Source: Octopus bimaculoides
Taxonomy: Eukaryota
Length of the DNA: 64,000 bases
NCBI RefSeq assembly: GCF_001194135.2
Contig: NC_068983.1
Location: 112,963,147-113,027,146 of the forward strand
Reading direction: 5' to 3'
The notes below the pieces were generated by a model. It was not told the origin of the DNA, made no database searches, and saw only the letters and a list, made by a program, of their open reading frames with translations. Position 1 is the first letter of the stretch, and each line of letters begins with the position of its first letter. A program made the translations under genes and the position numbers. Positions 23,785-36,474 of the stretch are shown here, piece after piece.

Positions 23785-24470
23785 AAACAACACGTCTTTT
23801 GTAGTTTGAAGCATTCAATATGCATTTAATGCGATAAACAGTACATTACAAATTAATTTAAGAAAAAAAAAACATTTTGTTGACCAAAACACGTCTTTTG
23901 TAGTTTTAAGCATTTAATATGCATTTAATACGATAGCACGAACTTAAAAGATTTATTCCAAACCGTTATTTAGCTGTTATTTTTAGCACACTTCATAACC
24001 ACCTCCGTGACAAAAAAAAATGGAAAAAAGAGTAACCAACATGTCTTTCGTAGTTCTAAGCATTCACTATGTATTTAATGCATAACCAACACATTACAAT
24101 TTAAATATACTTCAAAAACAAACATTTAAGCATTCAATATGCATTTCATGCGATAGACAACGCATTACAAATTAAATATGCTTAAGAAACAAACATTTAA
24201 GCATTAGCACGTACTTAAAAGATTTATCTAAAACAATTGCTGCCATAATCAAACAGATCGGTAAAATTTCCAGGTAGATAAGACAGTAGTACACAGCGTC
24301 AACAAGCGCTTTGGATGTATTTGTCAACAGATAGGTAAAATTTCCAGGTGGATAAAACCAACAAGTGGTTTCAATATATATGGCAACAGACAGGTAAAAT
24401 TTCTAGGTGGATAAAGCTGCAGAACACAGCCTTAACAATTAACTTCAATATATTTGTCAACACGTGCTTT
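23785..24470 (+). repeat. Degenerate tandem array of two motifs (aagcattcaatatgcatttaatgcgata about x5; aacagataggtaaaatttccaggtggataa x3)
   Basis: Repeated motifs read directly; spacing is irregular. Confidence 0.7.
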
Positions 24471-24770
24471 CTTACAGACAAATGAATTCTCATGTTCCGC
24501 TTGTTACTATGGAAACAGGCATGAATATGTCTGTGGCTTATGATTTGCTAAAATAACCAGACATTTTCAAAATTTAATTGCCAATAACTCTTTATTTATT
24601 GATTTATTGTGAAAATGATTTTCATGGCATTCATTAGCCTATACAAATGTATTATTACAATGAATATGTAATCAATTCGAATAGAAATTGACACTGGCAG
24701 TCAAACAGAAAAGATCTGTTTTTTGAGTAAGGATTGCATCTGTGAATATGAGAGAAAGAGAGAGAGAGAA

Positions 24771-24809
<39 letters not shown>

Positions 24810-25961
24810 TACTTTAATGGAATCGAATATGAATATTAATTTTTTTTTCCAAATGTGAACATAGAACATGTTAGAATACTTTCGGCAATCAAACCGTAGT
24901 CTCAACTGTGACTCAACGATAGCCAATAATTACTCACCGACAGTAGTTAAACAATTCTAAATTCAGTAAATTTTCACTATTTTCATATGTTTTCTGCCCC
25001 TCTTTTTCTCATCTGTTTTAAAGATATTTGCTTTTTCCGATTTGCGTGAAACCTGAAACTGCTTTTTGGATTTATTTTTGGGGCCGAAGTGTTATGGTAA
25101 CTTATACGAANNNNNNNNNNNNNNNNNNNNNNNNNNNNNNNNNNNNNNNNNNNNNNNNNNNNNNNNNNNNNNNNNNNNNNNNNNNNNNNNNNNNNNNNNN
25201 NNNNNNNNNNNNNNNNNNNNNNNNNNNNNNNNNNNNNNNNNNNNNNNNNNNNNNNNNNNNNNNNNNNNNNNNNNNNNNNNNNNNNNNNNNNNNNNNNNNN
25301 NNNNNNNNNNNNNNNNNNNNNNNNNNNNNNNNNNNNNNNNNNNNNNNNNNNNNNNNNNNNNNNNNNNNNNNNNNNNNNNNNNNNNNNNNNNNNNNNNNNN
25401 NNNNNNNNNNNNNNNNNNNNNNNNNNNNNNNNNNNNNNNNNNNNNNNNNNNNNNNNNNNNNNNNNNNNNNNNNNNNNNNNNNNNNNNNNNNNNNNNNNNN
25501 NNNNNNNNNNNNNNNNNNNNNNNNNNNNNNNNNNNNNNNNNNNNNNNNNNNNNNNNNNNNNNNNNNNNNNNNNNNNNNNNNNNNNNNNNNNNNNNNNNNN
25601 NNNNNNNNNNNNNNNNNNNNNNNNNNNNNNNNNNNNNNNNNNNNNNNNNNNNNNNNNNNNNNNNNNNNNNNNNNNNNNNNNNNNNNNNNNNNNNNNNNNN
25701 NNNNNNNNNNNNNNNNNNNNNNNNNNNNNNNNNNNNNNNNNNNNNNNNNNNNNNNNNNNNNNNNNNNNNNNNNNNNNNNNNNNNNNNNNNNNNNCTAACA
25801 ACATATTTCAGCATGTAGACCGGCCGCAAGTCATTGACTTTTTTGTAGTTGCAAAACGTTAAATGTCGCAAAGGAAGAGACGTAGTCAGTTTCGTTTGTT
25901 CGACTCTGCTAATTTTGTACGCAAGCACGCACGCACACACACACGCACGCACGCGCACACA

Positions 25962-26000
<39 letters not shown>

Positions 26001-27542
26001 CAGTGCCGCATTTCCTTTATTACCAGTTTACCCAAAATATCAAGTGAATAAAAGATATTTATTTCAAAGGTTTATTATCTTTCTAACGCAAAGCAAATTA
26101 TTTATCAATAACATTTTTCCGATGTTCATTCTAGAAATATTATTTCAACTGTAGCTTTTAAGTCATTCCTAAATAAATTTAAGACACGAAAAACTTTAAA
26201 TTTTAGCTATTTTATCACTTGGTATTATAAACAATTTCATATTGATCAAGAATTAGGTTTGGGTGCTTAGTTTAGAAATAGAAACTAGATCAGAATCTCA
26301 TGAATACATAATAGAATTTAACGATTGTCATTTTCTATCACGAAGGTATACACATATATATTCATATATACAAAATTGTATCTCCATGCACACGCACTCA
26401 GAACTCTACTGTATTAAATGTGTGTACGTGTTAGTTTTAAAATGGGGCATAACCAGCGATATAGCCATATGTAAATACATTGTTTATATGCAAATACAAA
26501 ATGAAGACACATGCGATTGGATCTTGGTGTGTAAACAAAAAAGCTGTTTTCAATATAATGGAATATTGATTTGCCTTCAGTATGCATCATACAAATTTGT
26601 ACAGAGTATGCATATAAACCCGAATGAACATAAATATATTACTGTTACAGACTAAAATAGATATAAACGCACAAGAAAATGCCAAGAAGACCTAAAGCAT
26701 AAGCGGACACACTTTATTTGTCCAAAACAACTGTATGTCTTTAAAATATTTTTGCAAGGGAACTTATTTTTATAAATTGTATATAGATTCTAAAATGTTT
26801 ATAATTGGTTGCAAAATATTATTTAAAAGTGTCAGAGCAAAATACACACAAACGTTAAGCTATGAGAATAGGTGCAGAATTAAAAAAATATAATATTCAT
26901 AGTTTATTTTGTCAAACATTTTATAATAGGTATGCAACAACGCAAAGAAGAACGGGATAATAAATAGTATAATGATACTGCAAGAAAAAATTAAGGAGAA
27001 GATATATGGGTACATTTTTTAAAACTTAGTATGCACACACACTGAACACACATTCCATAGCAAATTTTCATTCGTATTAACTTAAAATATTTGTGTGTGT
27101 TCACACGGAGTTTAATGCAGCACTCATTCTGGGATATTCCTCGAAAAAAATTCTCATTACACAGGCATTATATTAGCATCTGCATTTGCTTAGATACATT
27201 CATTCAACGTTGAATCCCCAATGTAGCCTGAAACACAACACACGCACACACACATACACCCGCATGTATATATGTTGCAAGCGTATATATATATATTTTT
27301 TTTTATTTATTCATGGGTTTCAGCCAAGTGGCTGCGGTCATGCTGGTGCACACACACACACANNNNNNNNNNNNNNNNNTATATATATATATAATGAGCA
27401 AAAATACTCGAGATTCAGTAAACAACACATGGTAAAATTATGAGTTGAAAATATGTAAAGAAAAATGAAGAAAAATGCCTTTGTTTCGCATAGCTTAATA
27501 TTTTTTTTATATAAATATATACATATTATATGAGTGTTGTAA

Positions 27543-27588
27543 AATCCAACCGGTTTTCACTATTTAAATTAGCTTTTCAAGGGGCATT
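27543..27588 (-). ncRNA. Degenerate hammerhead motif in the PLE 3' terminus
   Basis: aaugcc-ccuugaaaa-GCUA auuuaaa UAGU-GAAA-ACCGGU (palindrome)-U-GGAUU; the core is eroded. Confidence 0.4.
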
Positions 27589-28549
27589 GTATAGTGATTA
27601 ATTCGCATGATGAGGGGGTTTCGCCATCTTGGCTGTTTGAAAAATAAGAAAGGATTTAGAGTGAACCAAGGGAGGTAATGGGTGTCAAGGGGGAATAACT
27701 GATTCCTTAGTATAGTTTCTGAGGTTGTCAGGTTTGAATATTGAGGTGTGGTTTATATTTTTGAATGAATAAGTTCTCTTTATTTAGTCGTTCTTGCAAT
27801 GAAATTGAATCTTTGCACTGGTACAGGGGGAAGATAAGGAACTTCGGCGTTTTATCACCTGCGCATCTGTCAATATGTGCGCTCAGTGCAATTTGCCTGT
27901 ACTAGGGGAAGCGTATATGTTCTTTATGCACCGTGACTCTGCGTCTCAAAGAATGGCTCGTTTGGCCTACATAGTTATGGCCACAACCTTAGAACATAGA
28001 TAAGGTTGTGGAGGCACATGTGAAGTTAGTTTTGATTGAGAATTTATGCCCTTGCTGGAATGTGAATTCCGAACCTTCACTTAGGTGTGGGCATGTACCA
28101 CAATTGGGTCGTCTGCATTTTTTAACTGTTGGTATTGTATGTATTGAGTATAGTTTTATATTTGTAAGGAGTCTCTTGAGTGATTTGTCTTGTCTTTTCC
28201 ATTTTTGTAATTTGTGTTTATTTAGAATGCTGTTCATTTTCGGGTCTTGAGTGAGTATAGGAAGATTTTGTATAATTGTGTTCTATGCTTCGTTGTTTCT
28301 AGGGTTGTGGGTTGATGTATGGGAGTGATTTGAGGTGAGGTGTGGTGTTTTGTTTTGTTGTTCTTAATGTGTTTGTGTCCAATTTCTTGGCACGTTCAAT
28401 TCCATGTTCTATAAGTGTAGCTGGGTATTGACGTTCGATAAGTGTTATTTTGAGTTCTTGCAATCGAAGTTCCCGAGTGGTTGTGTCAGACATAATCGTA
28501 CAAATTCTTTTTGCTAGATTGAATGGAATATTTATTTTGGTGTGTTTAG

Positions 28550-28605
28550 GATGGCATGAACTGAAAAGGAGATACTGCTTTGAGTCCTTTTCAGTTCATG
28601 CCATC
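28550..28605. repeat. Perfect 21-bp inverted repeat (14-nt loop) at the 5' truncation point of the PLE
   Basis: gatggcatgaactgaaaagga / tccttttcagttcatgccatc. Confidence 0.9.
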
Positions 28606-28996
28606 TCTTTCTCTTTTTCTCTCTCCAACTTTTCTTTTTCTTTCTTTTTCTCTAATCACGTGAAAACGTCACCGACAAGTTATGTAACGGAATGTCAAGC
28701 AGAATTATTTTAAGACTAGCTGGCTCCGTACCGTTAAAACTGACGGTTAATTGTAGTGTTTTATATATAAATACGGATGGTAAATCAAATCAATACACTT
28801 GTCAATGTTATCCAGTGGTTGTCTTTTGAAGTGTGACTTCGATCATCGTTTGTTACGGAAATAACGCTGATTCACACATACATTCACATACTTCCCTGTA
28901 CCTACACACATATACTAACACAGATTTGAAACGCTGTTTGATTTTTCTTTTCAGCGTTGAATATTCACCATCCCACTTTCATTGCACAGATAGACA

Positions 28997-29061
<65 letters not shown>

Positions 29062-29067
29062 ACCGTT

Positions 29068-29110
29068 GTCCACTGACGAAGGGTAAATACCCAGAAACTC
29101 GGGTCTGTGC
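29068..29110 (+). ncRNA. Minimal type I hammerhead motif with intact core, in a short non-coding element between microsatellites
   Basis: GUCCA-CUGACGA-A-GGGU aaau ACCC-A-GAA-ACUCGGGU-C-UGUGC; GUC triplet; stem III is fully self-complementary if G-U pairs are allowed. Confidence 0.65.
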
Positions 29111-29424
29111 GTATCACGTCAGGTCGACGATGGGAAGGATGACTTCCCTTTGCAAATACTGATAGGGCACAGAAAGTGTGTCAATAGCCAGCTGGAGAAG
29201 GTGTTCTCCTGGGGCTACAAGCTACAATAGCATTCACCCTTAGTGGTTAGCCGCATTTAAGTGACAAATATACTTCGCGTTGTCGTGTAGCTACTGTTTA
29301 TACCTCTTTCAGAGATTTATCATTGCTTATATATATATATATATACACGTGTATCTGTGTGTATGCTTGCGTATGTATGTGTTTGTGTGGTGTGTGTGTT
29401 TGTGTAGTGTGTATGTGTGTATGG

Positions 29425-29495
<71 letters not shown>

Positions 29496-32400
29496 TATCA
29501 CCGCTCACTTTAATCTTTCAGCTCAATTAGTCTGATCCCATTTATCAATTTACGGTTTAGATTTTTTCCACTTAGTTTACGGAATAAACTATGGAATAAA
29601 GATGTTGCACTAAATTTTGCAGTCGGTAAATGTTATTGATATGTTTCTTTTAGATATATTTAGAGAGCTTGTTTATGCATCCATTGGACTTATGACAGTG
29701 TTTTATTTCCTTCGTGAGAAAGCATAGATGGCAGAGCTAATAGTTGACTTTTTGTGTAGTTATCAGCGATTAATATTGTGAAGTCGAACCAGAACCAAAC
29801 AAACCTATGATCAAATGTATTTCAAGCACGATACTGATTTTTAATATTTGACTATATTATCTTTCAGTGCAAGACGATATGTTGAGATGAGGACGATTTA
29901 GCTGCTATGTCTAGAAGTTATTAGTTATTCTCTGATGGTAAAAATCCTAATTCTAAGCTGGTTTCAACGAACTCTCACAAGTTGCGGTATATATTACATA
30001 TTGCTGCTGAAAGTAACAACTGAGATTTTGAATTATCAAACACAAATTCGTTGGCTTACTGTGCGGGTATAAATTCCCTTTTATGGGCAAAACTAACTGA
30101 GATAAAAACCAGCGTCCTCTTGCTTTTCATAATATTCAGATGTGTCACTTATCTGCTCATAACTCTGGAAACAAGAACTTGTGTTAATGGCTCCTTGTAA
30201 TTCAGAAACGGATTAACAACAGTAAAATGCTTTAGCTAATAGTATTTCTACTAATTTTATCGATCATTCAGCAATAGAAGATGATGTAATGCTGGGCAGA
30301 ATGTGAATTCTAAAAGGCGCAACTAAATACTGCAATAGATAGGAAATCGTTCTGCTCCACCATTTCTACTAAATCGTCTCTCTCCCTCTATATATGTGTG
30401 TGTGTGTGCGTGTGTGTTTATATGTATCTATATATATATGTCTTCAGAATTTTCATATTTATATGGGATGAGGAGTTTTAGATTATGAAATAACTCTTTG
30501 GTGTTCCCTACTTCAACTAAAAGTATGTCACAAATTGGTGTTTGATGAGTGGTATACCCCGCTGACTCCTTATTTTCTGCAATAAGAAAAGATTCAAAGC
30601 GATGTAGACCCCAAAGATAAAAAATGTTACTAAACACTACAAGAATTTTTGTCATGTGCTCCACTGAATTCTTACGAACAAACAACACTAATAATTCTGA
30701 TAACATTTGAGAATGCATTTTACAAAGAAAATATTGCCTTTCCTTATATTGCATATGCCGCTAGCAGGAAGAATACTACAAATCCGAATTTACAATTTAG
30801 TTTCTGAGCGAATTCCTTTTAGTTATATTTACTTTCTATGCGTCATTAATGTCGTAAGAAAAAATATGAATACATCAATTTGTATGCTTCATAACTAGAA
30901 AAAAAGCAATAAAGTATTCAATGGGGTTAACCAACCATTAAAGAATACTAAACATTATGACTAAGATGAGGCGAAACTACAGTACATACCATTTCTATTA
31001 CATTATTTTATTTATGCGAGGAAGTTTGGTTTTTGTCTTTTCTGTTCTTCAGTCTATACAGTTAATAATTGATTTTGTATTTACGCACAAGTCCACGAAT
31101 GTGTAGGAAAGGAATACAGACGTTTGAATCGAGCCGCTAGATAACTAATATTTTATTTAATCAGGACCGGAGAAATGACTGGCGAAAAGTGGTCTCAATG
31201 GTATTTGAATTCAAATTAAAAACTATTACTGTATTGCAGATAAGGAATATGAAACACCTTATGAATTTTAATTCAGTTCTAGTGTTAATTCTCTCTAAAT
31301 TGTGCTACGAGAATACTTAGAGAGAATTAGAATTCGATCGTTATCTACAATCACTCAAAGAAGACAAAATACCCCAGAAAGAGCGTCTACATAGTCGCTA
31401 AATCTGGTAGTAATAGTAACCAACTCATAAAATCATACCCTCTCGTCTTAAAAAAAGGCGAAGGAAAACTTGGATAAAATATTTAAAGAAAATACGATAT
31501 GGTCATATTTGGAACCTTTTTGATAACAGTTGTGTTCGTTCAGGTATGACATCATTCAATGTGTCAATTCCATTCTGTATTTATAATCGTTAATTTATTG
31601 ATTTTAATAATGATGCTTGGCACAGATTTCTAGGTTGAAATCTAGAGAAGAATCTACTTAATATTTGTGATTACGAAATGGAGGTAGCACTCCAGAGGTC
31701 TTAGTAAACGGCTGACCTATCTAAGGGAAAACATACTGTGGTAACTTCCTGTGACAAAGGCCAAGCCCGAAGGGAAGTTGAACCAAGAAGTACACACTAA
31801 CCAAATGATCGTTAATTACATTACGCCGTTTATACTGATGAAACAAAACAACACGCTGCACTTATTACAGTTTGTTGAATTGAGCTTTAAAGTATGGTAA
31901 ATCTTTTCCAAAACAATGCACTGGTGGAATGTGATCGATTTTGTCTTTTCACATTTCTCTTGATTAACTGAACTACGATTTGTCCTCTCTGTTTGATCAT
32001 ATTAGTTCTATTTATATGGTGTAGACATATATGGATCACTAGGACAAACTTAAGACCGTCTTTATGGAATGTGGTTAGGCAAGTAAAGCTATTTACCGTT
32101 CACTGCGATAAATTCTCAGTGTGAACTGCCTATTTACACATGGGTACATGGATACAATCGCGACGTGTATAACAAAATATGAACTTCTCTCCATTCAGCT
32201 GTTAATTCCACTAACATCGAGAATCAACCGCAATTTTATTAATCATATATCGATAACATCCCGTTTTTTGTATTTCACAATCTTGTATCCTTTTCATAAA
32301 AAAAAGAAATGCTGTAGTGCTGCTCCGACATAGCGCTACTTGAAGGGAAACAGTTCCCTTCTGGAATTTTATTGATTGCTAGATAGATAAATGAACAGAT

Positions 32401-33964
32401 AGACTTAAATCTGACTCTCCTTATATATATATATGTAGCAATATAGTAGAAAGTTTCTTTTTGATATTGTATTTGTCTACTTCAATTTGCACTTTATATA
32501 GGAAGAAATGAAATCGATGATTACCAGGAAGACGTAAGGAATTTCAATTTCTTCGCTGACATTTTTAAACAGTTTTTCTCGGAAGTGCTCTTTTCATTCT
32601 ATATTTATTTTTAGTCCTGCAAGTGACAAAAATGTGAGGCATGTGCAAAGGAAACCTATAAACGTTTGAATTACTTTAACCTTTAAGTTAATGTCATTTT
32701 TATATTAATCGATCCAAGACATATGGAGAGTAAAATTTCCTATTCACTTCTTATAACAGATCACTCTAAGCATTACTGCCGTTCAGTTTGTGAAAATATA
32801 AAATTACACACCACGCATACACACACAATCACATACACACAAGCACGCACATTGCTCCTTTGTGTGCGTTACAATAATTCAGTGTCACATTATCTTTTAT
32901 TAAACATCTAATATCATAAACAATGTTCAATAGACTGCTTGTTCTACTTTATTCATATTGTTATTCATTTTATCGATTATATAGTACTGGATTCGCATGT
33001 TTGAGGCGATAAAAGTGCTATCGTCTGCCATATAAACTAGTTTTCTTCCACCGGCGCCGATAAAATTTGTCTTCCAGATCATGGACTGTATCGATGACGT
33101 AATCGACTATACTCTTCCACTTATAAATCTAGTCTTGTGTCTATGCTAGAAATGAAGTCAGCTTGATTGAAAAGACCCATGATCAAAGACGTCCCAGCGG
33201 AGACAAGAGAATTTTTTTATATCTAGGATAAAGATTTTTTAAAAAACCGTCTGACTTGAAGAAGTTGGTTATTTCTAGCAGGTTCAGCTACTGCATTGTA
33301 GATTGCTCGCTGCCTCGATGTACAAGAAACATTTCTAATTTGAATGTTAAAAACTTTGCCTGTAGCAGTAACTTGACAGATACAGTAACCTGCTTTGAAT
33401 TCTTTATATCGTTTCTGTTCATATTCTAAAGCAACGTTTCCTATCCTTTTACCATCTTGACTAATTTTAGCAAATTTGCATTTTCCTGCCACCTATTATT
33501 GATATTTGAATAAACAATGTTTCAGAAATTGAATATGTTAATAATTGATGATTTTCGTGCAGATATATTCCTCCAAGTACTGTCTTTTTCAAAGACAACA
33601 GAGTGTGGCTTAAGAGAAATTGGGCTGCTATTTCCAGTAGCTCCATCTACATGAACCAAGTAATGTGTTGTAGCTAAACTTCATATGAAATTAATAAATC
33701 CTTGTCATTGGTGTATATGGCATTGTTCAGTTTTATTTCAAGATTTCTTGCCTATAAAGAGCCGGTTTCTAACCTAGATCTTCCGATATGAATATAGTTA
33801 ATCCCTTCTAAACGTGACCATCCCGTTTTTAGATATTTCTGCACCTAAATTAATACAACAGTACGAACCAAAATTTATGCTAATACAATTTAATATATCA
33901 TACTGGAACATAAGGCCATTTAAATACGTATTACGAGAATATCCCATTGTGCACGCAGTCATCT

Positions 33965-34330
33965 TTATCTTTTATCTTTTCCTTGTTTCAGTCATTAGAC
34001 TGCGGCCGTGCCGGGGCACTGCCTTGGAGAATTTTTTAGTCGAATGAATCGCCCCAGGACTTACTTTTTTTAAGCCTGACGTTTATTCCATCGTTTTCTT
34101 TTGCCGAACCGCTAAGTTACGGGGACGTAAACACACCAGCATCGGTTCTCAAGTGGTGGTTGGGGAAAACCTCACACACACATACATATATATGCGACGG
34201 CCCTCACAATTTCCCTCTATCAAATCCACTCACAAGGCTTGGTCGGCCCGAGGCTATATAGTAGAAGCTTAAGGTGCCATGCAGTGGGACTGAACCTGGA
34301 ACCATGGAGAAGCAAGCTTCTTACCACACA
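33965..34330 (-). mobile_element. SINE family A (OR1-like), near full length
   Basis: Reverse complement aligns by eye with 48420-48845. Confidence 0.8.
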
Positions 34331-35733
34331 GAATTTAATACAATTTATGGTGTGTATTATTTTAACAAATTAGGTATCAAAATTAATACAGTGGACGTTG
34401 GAAGGCAGCACAATGTAAACCGAGGAGACGATCCATTCTATCCACATAGCAGAGAGTGGGCGATACCGGATGATGAAGCATCATTACCAGATATACTTCT
34501 GTTACTATGTCTAAGGACGCTGAGAAAACTTGTGGATGTTTCTTATATTTCTCTCCATATACCCGCATTTACAGAGAAATTGAAGACGTAGTTGACTTGT
34601 TGCAAAGTTTCTTCTTTGCTCTTTCCCCGAGGGACTCAATGGGCTTTTAATTTCAAGATCCATCTTATATTGATTTACTTGGGGACATTCACTGACTATG
34701 CTTAACGTAACATTATGGAAGTACCTGATAAAATGTTCTTTGCTTACAGTGGTTCTATCGAAGATAGATTACGGGAAAACAATATTTGTGCATGCGTTCC
34801 ACTCAACTAAATATCCACAGATGTGAAACCTCCTACCAATTTCATATTTTTTACAAAACACAACTTTTCTGTATTTAAACAATTTCAGTATTCTTATCAG
34901 AATCGATTCCAGCAGTACCTCTGAAATTATTGCCAATCCATTCATATCCATGAAATACATCTATGAAATTTGTATCAGTAAGTTAACTATTTTAGCCCCA
35001 AACTTGGGTGTCACTTGCGCTTGGACATAGCACATGCGCAACATTACAATGAATCGGTTGAAGGCTATATATTCCTTTGCATATTTGCATGATTTATTTT
35101 AGAACTTCTGTAAAAACCAAGATTTTCTGAAAATTTGTTTTTTATATTTTCCCTTCCACTTTCCTCTGCCCGAGGAATTTGGGAGTTCGAGGCATAGCTA
35201 TCCCTAGACTCCGCTGATCATTGTTATTATTAATTTGAACAGCAGTTGTCATAAAAATGCTATATAAACAATGAATGCTTAACCAGTTTAGTCATGATTT
35301 CTGGTTTTCCTGTAAAAATAGCTCTAGTAAATGTAGAGTCTGTCGAGCTCGTGCCATATAGATATGCTCTACAAAGACTAAACTTAAAATAGCATACTAA
35401 AATCCCAATGGGTCACAAGATTCATATTTTATGATTAATCACAAACGTTTTGATATTGAACGCCGGCAGCGTAAAATTAGTTCAGGTTTATAGACTTCAG
35501 TTAATTATAATTATGAACTTTAAAAAAAAAATACTTTCATTTTTCCGCTTCACTCACAATTCTTTCTGACTAAAAAAGTGAATTTACTTATTAAGTATGG
35601 AGGGAAAAAAGACTAACAGAGCGAAAGCTGATCGCTAGAATGTCAGGTAGAATACCTTGCAGTACGCGCATTACGTTCTGAATTAAAATTTCTGTTGGAG
35701 CCTGCTTTTCGTTTCATCCTTCTGGCGTAGAAA

Positions 35734-35816
<83 letters not shown>

Positions 35817-35817
35817 G

Positions 35818-36420
35818 AATGTAATCGACTAATCCCATCCCTTTTAAATTGTTGGCCTTGTGTCAAAATCTGAAGCGAAGGTAGCAACTTAGTAGAATTG
35901 TTAGAGCGTCGGACAAAATGCTTAGCGGATTTGCCCCGTGTTCAGATACCACAAAAATTAACTTTGCCTTTCATTCTTCTGGGACGCTAAAGTAAAGTAG
36001 CACTCAAATGCTGGACTCAGTGTAATCGACTAACTTCCTCGTACTAAAATTGCTGACTTTGTACCAAGATTTGAGATAACTATCAATAGCAATAACATTT
36101 CTAATTTTGCCGAGGTGGACTTTGCTTTTCATTTTTTCGGGGTCGATAAATTAAGTACAAGTTGCGTACTGGGGTCGATATAATCGACTGGTCCCCTTCC
36201 CAAAAATTTCGGGCCTTGTGTCTAGTGTAGAAAAGAATATTTCTGATTTTGGCTCTAGGCCAGCAATTTATGGGAAAGGGATTAGACGATTACATGACTG
36301 GTACTTTATTATATCGACCCTGAAAGGATGAACAGCAATGTTGATCTCAGCTGTAGTGGCGACCGTGTAATTGACTAACCCCTCCCCATAAATTGCTGAC
36401 CTTAAGCCAAAATTTGAAAC
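35818..36420. mobile_element. Pile-up of at least 5 SINE family B fragments in both orientations
   Basis: Repeated gtaatcgact..cccc..aaatt..ggccttgtg tails and gcctttcat..cgataaa domains; 36240-36345 is inverted. Confidence 0.75.
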
Positions 36421-36421
36421 G

Positions 36422-36474
<53 letters not shown>

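Larger units (their letters stand above)
27500..28605 (-). mobile_element. 5'-truncated Penelope-like retroelement (RT thumb, CCHH-like linker, GIY-YIG endonuclease, 3' UTR); decayed
   Basis: - strand: DSKQYLLFSSCHPKHTKINIPFNLAKRICTI..LQELKITLIERQYP..KCRRPNCGTCPH..NLIYVL/GCGHNYVGQTSHSLRRRVTVH..ERLNKENLFIQKYKPHLN; stop at 27728; frameshifts and stops present. Confidence 0.9.

Noticed and set aside
31165-31200. AG...GT-bounded 36-nt open segment
   Set aside because: Aligns with a degenerate reverse SINE-B copy (atttgaattcaaa B-box remnant follows).
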